Source: a virus
Taxonomy: Duplodnaviria > Caudoviricetes
IMG/VR virus record: IMGVR_UViG_3300036805_000228
Span: 1 to 37,736 of that record
Length of the DNA stretch: 37,736 nt
Direction: 5' to 3' (one strand)
Shown in pieces: positions 25,674 to 35,079 of this stretch. The notes under the pieces were generated by a model. The model was not told the origin of the DNA. It was given only the letters and a program-made list of their open reading frames with translations, and did no database searches. The first letter of the stretch is position 1; the number at the start of each line of letters is the position of its first letter. The position numbers were made by a program, and so were the translations under genes.

Positions 25674-26993
25674 TCAGTCGAAAAACCTGTAATGCGCAAG
25701 ATTCGACTGCACGCGCACGTCGCCGGTCGGCCCGTTGCGCTGCTTGGCGATGATGAACTCGGCAATATTGGCGATGCTCTCGTCGTTGCGATCGTAGTAG
25801 CCCGGGCGGTGAATGAAGGCGATGGTATCGGCGTCCTGCTCGATGTTTCCCGACTCGCGCAGATCCCCCAGGCGCGGCTTCTTGTCGGCGCGGCCCTCGA
25901 CTTCCCGCTTGAGCTGCGCCAGGCAAACCACCGGAACATCGTGCCGCTTGGCATAGCCGCGGAGCGCCCGGCAGTAGAGGCCTAACTCGCGGTCGCGCGT
26001 GAGTTCGCGCGAGGTATTCGATGCCATGTATTGCAGATAATCGACGACCAGATAATCGAGCCGGCCGGCCATCTCGGCCTTGGCGACCACCTGCTGCGCC
26101 GTCAAATCGCTGGTATCGTCGATGAGCAGCGGCGCGCGTTCTATCTCGGCCAGTGCGTGCGTGACGTAGTTCGTCGCGATGAAATCCTGGCCATCGGTAA
26201 TTTCTGCCATCCCGAGGTCGGCGATCGAGCAGACCAGCCGGTCGAGGATGCCTTTCTCCGATTGTTCGAGTGAGAAGAAGCCACCGCGGAGACCTTGCAC
26301 TACCGATAACTCATGGCAGAGATTGACCGCCCATGTAGTCTTGCCCATGCTCGGCCGCGCCGCGATGATGATGAGTTCGCTCGACTGCAGGCCGCCGGTC
26401 ATCTGGTTGTATTTCTTCCACGGCGTGAGCAGTCCGCGCTTCTGCCCCGGCCGCTGCTGGTACTGCTCGACGGTGCCGTAGGCCTGGCGATAGTAGTCGC
26501 CGACCGAGCGCAGGCCTCGACCCATGGCGCGCGCCGAGATGCGCTGCAGGTTGCGTATGGCGTCATCGGCGATGACCGGCGCCTCGGCCTGGTCGAGTCC
26601 ACCTTCCATGAGGCTATTGCCGGTGCGCACGATGTCGCGCATGGCGCTGCGCTCTTTGAGGATTTGGCAGTAGTCGAGCACGCCGGCGACGGTGCGCAGC
26701 ACCACGCCCTCGGTGAGCGATGCCACGTAGCCAATGCCACCGACCGACTCCAGTTCGCGCGTGCGCCGCAGATGATCGAGCACGGTGATGGTATCGACAT
26801 GCCGCTGCTCGGTGGCCATCTTCGCATAGGCGCGGAAGATGCGGCGATGCGAGTCGAGTGAGAAGTCATCTTCTTCGAGTTCGGCAGCGCAGGTGGGCCA
26901 GTAAGTACGGAACTCCAGCAGCAATAGGCCGAGGATACTTCTTTCGGTATCGGGAGACGCAGGCATCCCGCGCTCATCCATTGGTTCGGACAC
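25674..26993 (-). CDS. dnaB: Replicative DNA helicase DnaB
   Basis: ARPSMGKT, FFSLEQ, VVDYLQ, LAQLKR, DLRESGNIEQDAD, IAKQRNGPTG, plus the DnaB N-terminal domain. Confidence 0.97.
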   Translation of the reverse strand: MSEPMDERGMPASPDTERSILGLLLLEFRTYWPTCAAELEEDDFSLDSHRRIFRAYAKMATEQRHVDTITVLDHLRRTRELESVGGIGYVASLTEGVVLRTVAGVLDYCQILKERSAMRDIVRTGNSLMEGGLDQAEAPVIADDAIRNLQRISARAMGRGLRSVGDYYRQAYGTVEQYQQRPGQKRGLLTPWKKYNQMTGGLQSSELIIIAARPSMGKTTWAVNLCHELSVVQGLRGGFFSLEQSEKGILDRLVCSIADLGMAEITDGQDFIATNYVTHALAEIERAPLLIDDTSDLTAQQVVAKAEMAGRLDYLVVDYLQYMASNTSRELTRDRELGLYCRALRGYAKRHDVPVVCLAQLKREVEGRADKKPRLGDLRESGNIEQDADTIAFIHRPGYYDRNDESIANIAEFIIAKQRNGPTGDVRVQSNLAHYRFFD

Positions 26994-27022
26994 GAAGCCC
27001 CACTATATTTTTTAGAAAAAGA

Positions 27023-27084
27023 AGCGCGCGCCTACCATTCCCAATTAAATTTGCGGCGGATAGGCCGCAAGATAGGCGCGCGCT
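27023..27084 (-). promoter_or_regulatory. Nested inverted-repeat element upstream of dnaB (terminator/attenuator-like)
   Basis: Perfect 12-bp IR AGCGCGCGCCTA (27023-27034) / TAGGCGCGCGCT (27073-27084) enclosing a 7-bp IR (27051-27057 / 27064-27070). Followed on the - strand by TCTTTTTCT. Confidence 0.55.
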
Positions 27085-27095
27085 CTGCCAAAGGT

Positions 27096-27749
27096 TTAAT
27101 TCGCCGCTGCCGCTTTCGCCGTGCGGTGTTTGCGCGTGCCGGGCGAGTGGAACTCTTCGTCGCGCGATGGGTCCATGGTGTTCGCGTTCTCGCCGTCGTA
27201 GCCGGGCAGTGTGGGCTGGTTATCGGGCTTCACCTTGACATTCAGCGGCGCATCGAAATCCATCACATCCTGGCCCTGCGAAAAGGCTACGGCGAACTGC
27301 TGGTGAAAGTGGGCATGCAGCCAATTGTGCAGTTGCAGCGGATCGGCGCAGCGCACCTGAAACTGCAGCCAGATACGTGTCTTCTCTTCGAGGCCTTCGC
27401 GCTCGAGCGAGAACTTGGCCATCTCGCAGGCGGTGAGCAGCAGGGCGCGCTCTTTGGTGTCGGCAGTGGCATAAACCTCCATGGTCATGCCTGGCATGGT
27501 GCGCGACTTATTGAAGACGATGCGAGCGGCGCCGTGCGTGTCCTTCGCGACGTAGGCCATGGCGTCGCCGATCCAGCCCGGCATCCCAGTGACCTCGCCG
27601 GTCAGCTCCATGGAGAGCATCAGCTTTTTCTGCGAGATGGCGCCATCTCCTTCGGCATCGCCGCGGCCGCGCAGCGGTACGTAATTGTCGAGATAGCAAT
27701 ATTTCTTAGAACCGGGAAAAAACGTGCGTCCGAGCGGGTTCAACTCCAT
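27096..27749 (-). CDS. Hypothetical protein (217 aa)
   Basis: GGAGG SD; lies within the - strand operon. Confidence 0.75.
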   Translation of the reverse strand: MELNPLGRTFFPGSKKYCYLDNYVPLRGRGDAEGDGAISQKKLMLSMELTGEVTGMPGWIGDAMAYVAKDTHGAARIVFNKSRTMPGMTMEVYATADTKERALLLTACEMAKFSLEREGLEEKTRIWLQFQVRCADPLQLHNWLHAHFHQQFAVAFSQGQDVMDFDAPLNVKVKPDNQPTLPGYDGENANTMDPSRDEEFHSPGTRKHRTAKAAAAN

Positions 27750-27767
27750 GGGATAGCGCCTCCAGTT

Positions 27768-28298
27768 TTAAAACGATGGGTCGTGATCGAAGTCCAGCCT
27801 AGCAGGTTCGCGGTGTACCGGAACCGGCTTGCCGGCTTTTTTCTCGCGCTCTAACTTCAGGTTGCGCCACTTCAACTGCTGCGCCTGCGCGGCATCAAGC
27901 AGCCTGGTCTGGATCCTCGACCAATCCTGCGGCACCATCGAGAGGCCGGCGGCCATAAGGATGCGGAAGCTATTCGCGCAGATATTACCTTTGAGGCGGT
28001 TGCAGTGGTCGCAACAAGGCAACAGGTTTTCGAGGTCATAGCTGCCGTTCTGGCCGCGCGGGATCATGTGGTCCAGGGTCAGATTGAGAATGTCGATGAC
28101 GAGGCCGCACTCGTAAGGGCAGCGAAAGGCCTTGAGCGCGGCTGCGTTCGAACCCGTCCCGCCACCGAGCTGGCGCCAGAGCCAGAGCGTGAACTGGTCG
28201 CGTGTAAAGGGTAGCTTTACACCGTCACGCTTGGCGTAGGTCTGCTGATAGCGATAGAGCGCTTTGGCGCGATCATCGAATTGGAACTCGTCTATCAT
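27768..28298 (-). CDS. HNH endonuclease
   Basis: CPYECG...LTLDHMIPRGQNGSYDLENLLPCCDHCNRLKG. Start reassigned to ATG 28298 (ATGA overlap). Confidence 0.85.
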   Translation of the reverse strand: MIDEFQFDDRAKALYRYQQTYAKRDGVKLPFTRDQFTLWLWRQLGGGTGSNAAALKAFRCPYECGLVIDILNLTLDHMIPRGQNGSYDLENLLPCCDHCNRLKGNICANSFRILMAAGLSMVPQDWSRIQTRLLDAAQAQQLKWRNLKLEREKKAGKPVPVHREPARLDFDHDPSF

Positions 28299-28621
28299 CC
28301 GGCATCTTTTTCGACTTCCAGCAAGATACGCGCGCCAAGCGCGACGCGCGCCGGCTTGCTCAATCGCTGCGCCATCTGTGCCAGAATTGTGACCTGGTTG
28401 CGTTCGCTGCCGATGAGCGCCAGTCCGATGGCAACGCCCTGGCCTTCGGTGTGCCGGCTGATTCCGAAGACGACCTGCTGCATGTCGCGCGCATGCGCCC
28501 ACGCTTCGAAGCCTCGCGTATCGTCGATGGCCATTTCGGCCGCCTGCGTTTCCGTTGGCTTGGGGTCGCGCGGGTAGGTTGGCCGCGCATCCCTGCACTC
28601 GTCGAGCAGAACTCTATCCAT
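28295..28621 (-). CDS. Hypothetical protein (108 aa)
   Basis: GGAGG SD; ATGA coupling to the next gene. Confidence 0.65.
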   Translation of the reverse strand: MDRVLLDECRDARPTYPRDPKPTETQAAEMAIDDTRGFEAWAHARDMQQVVFGISRHTEGQGVAIGLALIGSERNQVTILAQMAQRLSKPARVALGARILLEVEKDAG

Positions 28622-28639
28622 TAGAAATCGCCTCCGGTT

Positions 28640-30415
28640 TTACGGATTGAGAAACAACAGATTAGACCCGGCCACTTCTCCGGGTGCCGGGATTTCGGCC
28701 AGGCCTAGCTTGATGATTCGGGAGAGCGGCCGCACGAAGCCACCACTCGTAATGTTCGAGTAGCCGCATTCAACGGCAAGATCGGCACGCGCAATCGGCT
28801 TTGGCCAACGCTTGATGAGCACGCGCAGCATCTTTTCCGCCGGTGGCCCCATGAGCGTAAAGAATTGACTGTGCAATTCCGCATCGGATGCTGGCGCCGC
28901 GACGTGTAGCGTGGCCTGCCGGCCCTGCTCGGTGAGGCGCAGCGCGCCGTTGCCTCCGGACGCGTAACCGGCTTCGACCACTGCGGCGACGGGCCGGGCG
29001 AACCCTCCGCTGGTGATATTCGAATAGCCGGCGAAGAGCGCTACCTGCAGACGTGGCACCGGACAGACGCCCACGGCCTCGAGTTTCGCGATCGCCTCCA
29101 GAATATTCATCATGGGACCGCTTAGACCGTTGCGATTAGGCTGCGCCCGTGGCAGCGACCAGGACTTGACTTGCGGAGGTGGTATCGGTGGTCGCGTGGG
29201 AATCTTTATCGTTTCGAGTATCTTCACAGGTGCAGATTTCTGCGCGTCGGTGATCGCGTCGCGGAGGTCACGGCGGGCATCGTTCACTACTTCAACCAAG
29301 ATGGCTGCGTTGCCCGCCGCTCTTCCGAGTAATTCCTCTAGGCTATCCGCGATGAGCTTGCGGGCGTGACGCTCATTGCCGAGCGCGATCAGACTATTGC
29401 GAAGCTCGCTGCGTACGGCGTCGAACTGCTGGGCATCCGTCGTCGGCACAACATTTCGCATCTGCTGCATCTCTCGATCAAGCTCGGCAATGCGCGCCTT
29501 GAGCAGCCGCGGGTCGTTCGCCTGCTTCTCGGCGACGGTGGCCTTGATGCGTTCGCCGAGTTTCTCGAGGTCGATCGGCGCGAAGACCTTCGGCACCTGC
29601 TTGCGCTGTCCCGGCTTCGGCGTGGCGCTCGAGTCGAACGTCTTGCGCTTGCGCACCGTGGCCCTGGCGAAGATGTCGAGCTCGGGCGCCCACACCCAGG
29701 CATCGCCCGTAGGCAGCGACGGCAGGCTTGATTCCATCTCTGCGGCCAACGCCGGATCCGCTTTGGCATTCACCCATTCGCGGATCGCTTTCAGATCGAG
29801 CTGGTGGTTCATGCGCAGCGCGAACAGGATGTCGGTCGACGTCAGGACGTCCTTGTTGAGCACTTGTGCGCGCTGCGTAATCATCGTGATGCCGATGCCC
29901 TTGATGCGGCCGCGGCGTACTACATCCTGCATGGCACCCAAACATTTCGCATCTTCACTGCCCCACGTCTTTTGCGGTGCGTAGATGTCGGCCTCGTCGA
30001 CGAATAGGTGCATCGCGTGTTTGTTGCGCAGGTAGAGCGTAGCTAGGAACGGTGCCATGAACTGAAAGACCTTCGACTTGGAAAAGCCGGAGAGGTCGAG
30101 GATGCAGGAGAAGCCGCCTTCGACGATCGCCTCGGCGGTCACTTCGCCGGCAGTGTGTTCGAGTGGCACGTCGGCGCGATCGCCACCGAGGATGGCAACC
30201 GGATAGCCCGGCCCGTGGCCATCGGCGGAACTCTTGAGTCCGTACCACGCGCCGGTGGCGTCGATGATGACGACCTGAATGCCGTTGTCGAGCATCTCCT
30301 CGGCGATGACGCTGCCGGTATAGGTCTTGCCCGCGCCCTTCTTGGCGAGGATGGCCATGGTCGAGGTCACCGCTTCGGCCGGCAGGCTGACTGCAGAGGA
30401 AATCTTCAACTTCAT
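28640..30415 (-). CDS. HerA/FtsK-superfamily ATPase (DUF87-like) with coiled coil and duplicated C-terminal winged-helix-like repeats
   Basis: AKKGAGKT, VVIIDATG, LFVDEAD, RRGRIKGIG, ITQR motifs; GYSNITSGGF occurs twice. Start reassigned to ATG 30415. Confidence 0.85.
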   Translation of the reverse strand: MKLKISSAVSLPAEAVTSTMAILAKKGAGKTYTGSVIAEEMLDNGIQVVIIDATGAWYGLKSSADGHGPGYPVAILGGDRADVPLEHTAGEVTAEAIVEGGFSCILDLSGFSKSKVFQFMAPFLATLYLRNKHAMHLFVDEADIYAPQKTWGSEDAKCLGAMQDVVRRGRIKGIGITMITQRAQVLNKDVLTSTDILFALRMNHQLDLKAIREWVNAKADPALAAEMESSLPSLPTGDAWVWAPELDIFARATVRKRKTFDSSATPKPGQRKQVPKVFAPIDLEKLGERIKATVAEKQANDPRLLKARIAELDREMQQMRNVVPTTDAQQFDAVRSELRNSLIALGNERHARKLIADSLEELLGRAAGNAAILVEVVNDARRDLRDAITDAQKSAPVKILETIKIPTRPPIPPPQVKSWSLPRAQPNRNGLSGPMMNILEAIAKLEAVGVCPVPRLQVALFAGYSNITSGGFARPVAAVVEAGYASGGNGALRLTEQGRQATLHVAAPASDAELHSQFFTLMGPPAEKMLRVLIKRWPKPIARADLAVECGYSNITSGGFVRPLSRIIKLGLAEIPAPGEVAGSNLLFLNP

Positions 30416-30621
30416 TTGCTCACCTTGCGGGTGCGGCGCACCGTGATGCCGCCCGTCTTCTCGCAATCATGGGTGTAGCCGGAGGGCACCAGCTCGCCGC
30501 AGAGCGGACAGTTCATCTCGATGCCGATGACGGTCAAGGTAGCCTTGCCATCGCCATCCTCGCCGGGCCGGTCGTCCTTGTAGTCGATGGAGATGGACCC
30601 CAGGCTGCGCTTGATCTTCAT
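30412..30621 (-). CDS. Small zinc-finger-like protein (69 aa)
   Basis: CPLC...HDC; ATGA overlaps on both sides. Confidence 0.65.
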   Translation of the reverse strand: MKIKRSLGSISIDYKDDRPGEDGDGKATLTVIGIEMNCPLCGELVPSGYTHDCEKTGGITVRRTRKVSK

Positions 30622-31070
30622 TGCTTCGGGCCTTTCACGTCCAGCGTATGGAAGTCGCGCGCCACTTGTTCGGCTGCCGCAGCTTCGGCCTGCTTGCCCA
30701 GCCCTTGTTCGATCATGGCGTAGGCGGTGGCGAGGATCTTGTTCTGGTCGGGATTGAGGATGGCGCCCTGCGCGACGGCGAACATGGCGCAGGCCGCGCA
30801 ACCGTCGGCGCGGCAGACGGCGCGACTGCGAATTAACCCGGCCAGGCTGGCGCCATCCTCGGTGGGAAGCGGTGCCGATAGCGGCTTCAAGACGACGGAT
30901 CCGTTGAAAATGAAGCAGTGGATACCAAAGCGCACCAGCAGCTTGTCCAGTTCCTCCTGGAACTGCTGAATAGCGATCTGCGCCTCATTCGAATTGGTGT
31001 ATTCCCGCCCATAGGGAACGTGTTCCACGTCGGGCGGGAGAGTGAGGGATGGGGGATTGAGGTTCTTCAT
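30618..31070 (-). CDS. Hypothetical protein (150 aa)
   Basis: ATGA overlaps with both neighbours; CxxxGCxxC motif. Confidence 0.7.
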   Translation of the reverse strand: MKNLNPPSLTLPPDVEHVPYGREYTNSNEAQIAIQQFQEELDKLLVRFGIHCFIFNGSVVLKPLSAPLPTEDGASLAGLIRSRAVCRADGCAACAMFAVAQGAILNPDQNKILATAYAMIEQGLGKQAEAAAAEQVARDFHTLDVKGPKQ

Positions 31071-32926
31071 GCGGCAACCTCTTCGGGCGTGCGGCGCAAC
31101 TCCGTCGCCTGCGTATTGCCATTGGCATCGAGCGCGAGGCGATAGAACGCGGTGCCTGGCGCCGGTGGCGCTTCCATCTTTTCGTCGGTGACCAGCAAGA
31201 TGGCCTGCTCAAGACGTTCGTCACTGAGTAACTGATTGAAAAGTACCCTGCGGCTAGCCGTATCAAGCGTGTCCACGCGGTCGATGACCAGAAAGCCCAG
31301 CCCGAGATGCACGGCCAATGCGACCTGAAAGGCGATCCCGAAACGTAACTGCTGCGACTCGGAGAGCAGGTCGAGGTCGATCGAGCGTTTGCCAAACTCC
31401 AGGCGGAAGACATACGGTTCGAGCGACAGGTCGATGGTGTAGCCCCATGGTTGAAGAATCGCCGTCATGCTGTGCGCGAACTGGCCGACGTAGCGGTCGA
31501 GCAGTTTGACGCGGAGGCCTTTAGGGCCCAGAACTTCGCAGGCGCGATCGAGCCGGGCCTTTTCCTGCTCGAGCGCCTCGCGCGCGGCCCAGGCCTTCTC
31601 GGCATCAGCGCGACGCTGCACCGCCATCGAAGCGCTGGTGTGAATGTTCCAGCCTCGCTGGATGCGCTGCTCTAAGTCGGCGATGGTCTCGTCGAGTGGG
31701 GCGGTATTCGGCGTCTCACCGGCCGCCGAGCCGAGCGCGGCGCGTTCCTTGACCAGCTTGCCCTGGCGCTTGCGCAGGTCTTCCAGTTTGCCCTCGACCC
31801 GCTTGAGATTGCCGGCAGCCTGGTTGTGTTCGCTCACCCGGCGGGCTGCGTCCGCGGTATCGCCGAGCGCGTCGGATACGGCCTTGACCTGGTTGCGCCG
31901 CAAGTTGGCCGCAGTCGATGCGGTAAGCAGCGGGCCGAGCAAGGCCTCCAGAACCTCGGCGGTGATGGTCTGCTGGCAGGTCGGACAAGCGGGATTGTCC
32001 TCGAGTGCGCCGGCTCGCTCGACCGCAGCGGATGCCATCCTGGCGACTTGTTCGGCGGCGATATAGTCTTCGTGCAGTTTCCGCTGCTCGGCTTCGTGGC
32101 TGGCCGTGTCCTGATACTTCTTGAGCGTGGCGTCGCTCATCATGAGCTTTTGTAGCCGCTCCGCCTCGCGCTGCTGCTCGTCGATAAAGTCGTTTAGCTC
32201 GCGCTCGCGCTGGTCGAGGTCGGCGAGTTTGCCGGCGCGCTCGCCCGACTCCTTGACTAGATCCCGGCGCTCGGTCTTGGCCTGCTCGAGTTCCTGCTGG
32301 CGAACGGCGATTTGCTGGCGCACCGCTTCGACGTCGACCGCCTCGTCGCTCGGCTTCTCCGGCTCGCGCCAGTCGCGAATCTTGCGGTTCACGTCGGTAC
32401 GCTCTTCAAACGCGATCTTGTACGCGTCGTCGATGTCGCGTAGTACGCCGCGCTGACTGCTCACAAATCCTTGGCCTAGCGCGTCGAGCGCTTCGGCTGG
32501 TATCGCGGCATCGGGCGGAATGACCAGCGCGGCCAGCAGGTCGCGTTGCTCCTCGGGCTTGAGGCGAAAGAAATAACGCGTCGAGCACAGGCACGACCAG
32601 ACATCGCGCGGTAGCGCCGGCAGCTCGCCGTTTTTCGACTGGAAATTGCGGCCGCCCTTCTCGGTGAGCGAGGTCCGCATCCGCATACCCGATGCCAGCT
32701 CGCCGGTGATGACGGCCTTGTCAGCGCCCGCGAGGATGAGCCGGTGGGCACCTTGGCCGTTGGCACCGGTTGCGAGCGTGCGGCCGGCCAGCAGGATGCC
32801 GAGCGCCTCTTCGATGGAAGACTTGCCGACCGCATTCTCGCCGCGGATGGCGGTGATGCGCTCGAGCGCGAATTCGGTCTTCAGGTGAGAGCGGAAATTC
32901 TCGATAGTTAGCCAGTTAAAACGCAT
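31067..32926 (-). CDS. Rad50/SbcC-like SMC-family ABC ATPase with zinc hook
   Basis: IENFRSH, GENAVGKS, long coiled coil, central CPTC, LSESQQ signature, LVIDRVDTLD Walker B/D-loop. Confidence 0.88.
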   Translation of the reverse strand: MRFNWLTIENFRSHLKTEFALERITAIRGENAVGKSSIEEALGILLAGRTLATGANGQGAHRLILAGADKAVITGELASGMRMRTSLTEKGGRNFQSKNGELPALPRDVWSCLCSTRYFFRLKPEEQRDLLAALVIPPDAAIPAEALDALGQGFVSSQRGVLRDIDDAYKIAFEERTDVNRKIRDWREPEKPSDEAVDVEAVRQQIAVRQQELEQAKTERRDLVKESGERAGKLADLDQRERELNDFIDEQQREAERLQKLMMSDATLKKYQDTASHEAEQRKLHEDYIAAEQVARMASAAVERAGALEDNPACPTCQQTITAEVLEALLGPLLTASTAANLRRNQVKAVSDALGDTADAARRVSEHNQAAGNLKRVEGKLEDLRKRQGKLVKERAALGSAAGETPNTAPLDETIADLEQRIQRGWNIHTSASMAVQRRADAEKAWAAREALEQEKARLDRACEVLGPKGLRVKLLDRYVGQFAHSMTAILQPWGYTIDLSLEPYVFRLEFGKRSIDLDLLSESQQLRFGIAFQVALAVHLGLGFLVIDRVDTLDTASRRVLFNQLLSDERLEQAILLVTDEKMEAPPAPGTAFYRLALDANGNTQATELRRTPEEVAA

Positions 32927-32931
32927 CCGTG

Positions 32932-33195
32932 TTAGACCCCTTTATTGGTATGCAGAAAAGCCATCTGCTTCTTGCGGCCCTGCCGCTTCTTGAACTCGGC
33001 GCCATCCGGGCAGGTATAGAAGTGGCTGGTGACCAGAGCGTTCGCGCCGTCCATGGGATCGAGCGGCATTGATTTGCCGTTTGGACTAGTCCACCATTCC
33101 ATTTTTCGGCCACAGGTACGGCCTGAGCAGTCACCGCGCGACTGGAATTTGTAACCCTGCTCGATCAGTTCATTGCGTGTCCTGGGGAAGCTCAT
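32932..33195 (-). CDS. Small zinc-binding hypothetical protein (87 aa)
   Basis: CSGRTCG...HFYTCP; coupled within the operon. Confidence 0.7.
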   Translation of the reverse strand: MSFPRTRNELIEQGYKFQSRGDCSGRTCGRKMEWWTSPNGKSMPLDPMDGANALVTSHFYTCPDGAEFKKRQGRKKQMAFLHTNKGV

Positions 33196-33419
33196 AACTG
33201 GTCTCCGAGATATTCGAACCGGCCCTTGACCTCGCCGCTAGGCCATTCCACGGGGTCGTTCCACAGCGCAAAAGGACGAACCCGTAGCCGCGGACCGGGA
33301 AGATCGGCTCCCGTGAGCGAGACATAAACGACCATGCGCTCGTCCGTTTCGCTATGTGCGGCAAGTCCCAGGCACTGGTACAGGCCACCTTTGTAGTGGC
33401 GATAGACTCCGCTTTTCAT
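33192..33419 (-). CDS. DUF1653-like protein
   Basis: YRHYKGGLY...AAHSET...VVY...VRP...RF pattern. Confidence 0.85.
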   Translation of the reverse strand: MKSGVYRHYKGGLYQCLGLAAHSETDERMVVYVSLTGADLPGPRLRVRPFALWNDPVEWPSGEVKGRFEYLGDQL

Positions 33420-33619
33420 CGGCGAATATCTCCCTTTTCCCGCTGATTGAGCTTCGCGATCTTGGCGCGCAGATCAGTGCCGAGCCGCTCTTCGTCGATA
33501 AAAGAAACGCGCGGGCAGATAGCCTGGCTGACCTCGACGTCGCGAAGCTGCTGCTTCTCTTCCTCGCTGAAGAACTCGCGAATGCGGTCCCATGTCTGCG
33601 CTGTCACGAGCATGGTCAT
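33416..33619 (-). CDS. Hypothetical protein (67 aa)
   Basis: Start/stop overlaps with both neighbours. Confidence 0.65.
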   Translation of the reverse strand: MTMLVTAQTWDRIREFFSEEEKQQLRDVEVSQAICPRVSFIDEERLGTDLRAKIAKLNQREKGDIRR

Positions 33620-33921
33620 TTAATCCAACCTCTCGCGCGGGCGGCGTCGATGATTCGCTGGCAGAGCGAATCGGCATCTTCCCATTCCCCCTCGGTAATT
33701 CGTATTTGAGTCCATTCCTCCATCGCGAGTCGGTGCCGTTCCCGTGAAGTCTGGTTGGTGCCCTTGGCGCCGACGAAGCATGCGGCACCCTCTGGATTGC
33801 CGGATGGCATAATCCAAGGAAAGAGGGTTTGGCCCAGATCATCCAATAATTCGGCATCGAGAGCGTCTAACCCTGCGCGTGTACGGTCGATCACTTCTAC
33901 CCACATCTGCAGCGGCTTCAT
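33616..33921 (-). CDS. Hypothetical protein (101 aa)
   Basis: GAGGAGG SD; abuts the upstream stop. Confidence 0.7.
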   Translation of the reverse strand: MKPLQMWVEVIDRTRAGLDALDAELLDDLGQTLFPWIMPSGNPEGAACFVGAKGTNQTSRERHRLAMEEWTQIRITEGEWEDADSLCQRIIDAARARGWIK

Positions 33922-35079
33922 CTACCAGTCCTCCTCTGGCTCGGCCTCGCCGATGTTCGCGGTGGTGAGCACGGTGTCGAGCTTGGCGGTCTTCACCACC
34001 AGCGGTTCGACCTGGTGCTGCAGGCTACGCCGCTTATTGGTGTCGAGCTTGCCTTTGACCGTCGACGAACTCAGGTTGACGGAATTGAGGAAGACCTGAT
34101 CGCCGGCAGCCGCACACCATTTCTCGATGACTGGCAACACCTTTGCGGCGGGATAGACGCGGCGCTCCTTCGGCGCCGGCCCATAAGACATCTCGGTGCC
34201 GTTCGCGTCGCGGGCGACGATCGCTCCGCCGCGTGCCTGGATGGCGTTCTTGAGGATGCTTCGCGCGAACTCGGCCCGCTTGCCCAGGAAGACCAACTCG
34301 CGCACCAACTCCTCGGCATCCTGGCCTTGCGGATTGGTATCGGCGACCGGGCAATCGCCGAACTGGAGTAGCGGGCAGTAGTGGCAGCCAGCGTGCGGGA
34401 TGGCCTGGAGACCCGATAGGCCGTCCTCGTCGTAGATGTCGTGATAACGCTCTTGTCGCGCCCGCCAGCGCGCCATCTCGGCCATCATCTTCGGCAGGTC
34501 ACTACGCTTCCAGGACACCGACCGCGTGCAATTGGGATAACGCACGAAAACCAGCCGGAACTCGACCTGCTCGACCCAGGGCATCGTCTGCATGGCGAAT
34601 ACTGGATACATGAGCGACTGCGGCGTATTCGGCTCGAACGGCATGGGATGCGACTTGTAATCGTCGACGCGCAGCAGGTTGCTCTCGAAGGCAAACAAGG
34701 TGTCTGGCTTGCCCTGGTACACGGCAGCACCCGTTGTGGGCTGGAAATTCTCATCGAGCGCAAACGTCTCTTCGACCGCGACGATGTGCTCGTAATCCAC
34801 CTTGTAGCTATCGCGCAGGCCATCGCAGATGCGCCCGGCTTCGGTCGAGATAGCCGCAGCGATATGGTCGAAAGCCTTCCAGTCCGATGGCACCTTGCGC
34901 TGCCCGCAGTGGGCAACGTAGGCGCGCATGACCTCATGGACTTCGGTGCCACGATAGGACTGCTCGGTGTCGGCGCTACGCCGGCCGTCGATGAACTGTG
35001 CGCCGTAAGAGTGTGGGCAGGCCATAGTTTCTACCGTGGATTGGCGCAGCGGTGGAATGACAGTGAGTGTGGTGGTCAT
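33922..35079 (-). CDS. PD-(D/E)XK exonuclease (Cas4/RecB/AddB-like) with probable Fe-S cysteines
   Basis: ACP...GTEVH...E...GKPD...DDYKS...Q..MY...CHYCPLLQFGDCP. Confidence 0.85.
   Translation of the reverse strand: MTTTLTVIPPLRQSTVETMACPHSYGAQFIDGRRSADTEQSYRGTEVHEVMRAYVAHCGQRKVPSDWKAFDHIAAAISTEAGRICDGLRDSYKVDYEHIVAVEETFALDENFQPTTGAAVYQGKPDTLFAFESNLLRVDDYKSHPMPFEPNTPQSLMYPVFAMQTMPWVEQVEFRLVFVRYPNCTRSVSWKRSDLPKMMAEMARWRARQERYHDIYDEDGLSGLQAIPHAGCHYCPLLQFGDCPVADTNPQGQDAEELVRELVFLGKRAEFARSILKNAIQARGGAIVARDANGTEMSYGPAPKERRVYPAAKVLPVIEKWCAAAGDQVFLNSVNLSSSTVKGKLDTNKRRSLQHQVEPLVVKTAKLDTVLTTANIGEAEPEEDW

Noticed and set aside
28640-30415. HerA-based defence system (Sir2-HerA / Nezha-type)
   Set aside because: No Sir2 or other effector partner is adjacent; the gene is embedded in a coupled phage early operon.
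33922-35079. CRISPR-Cas locus suggested by the Cas4-like nuclease
   Set aside because: No repeat-spacer array or other cas genes; the context is a phage recombination module.
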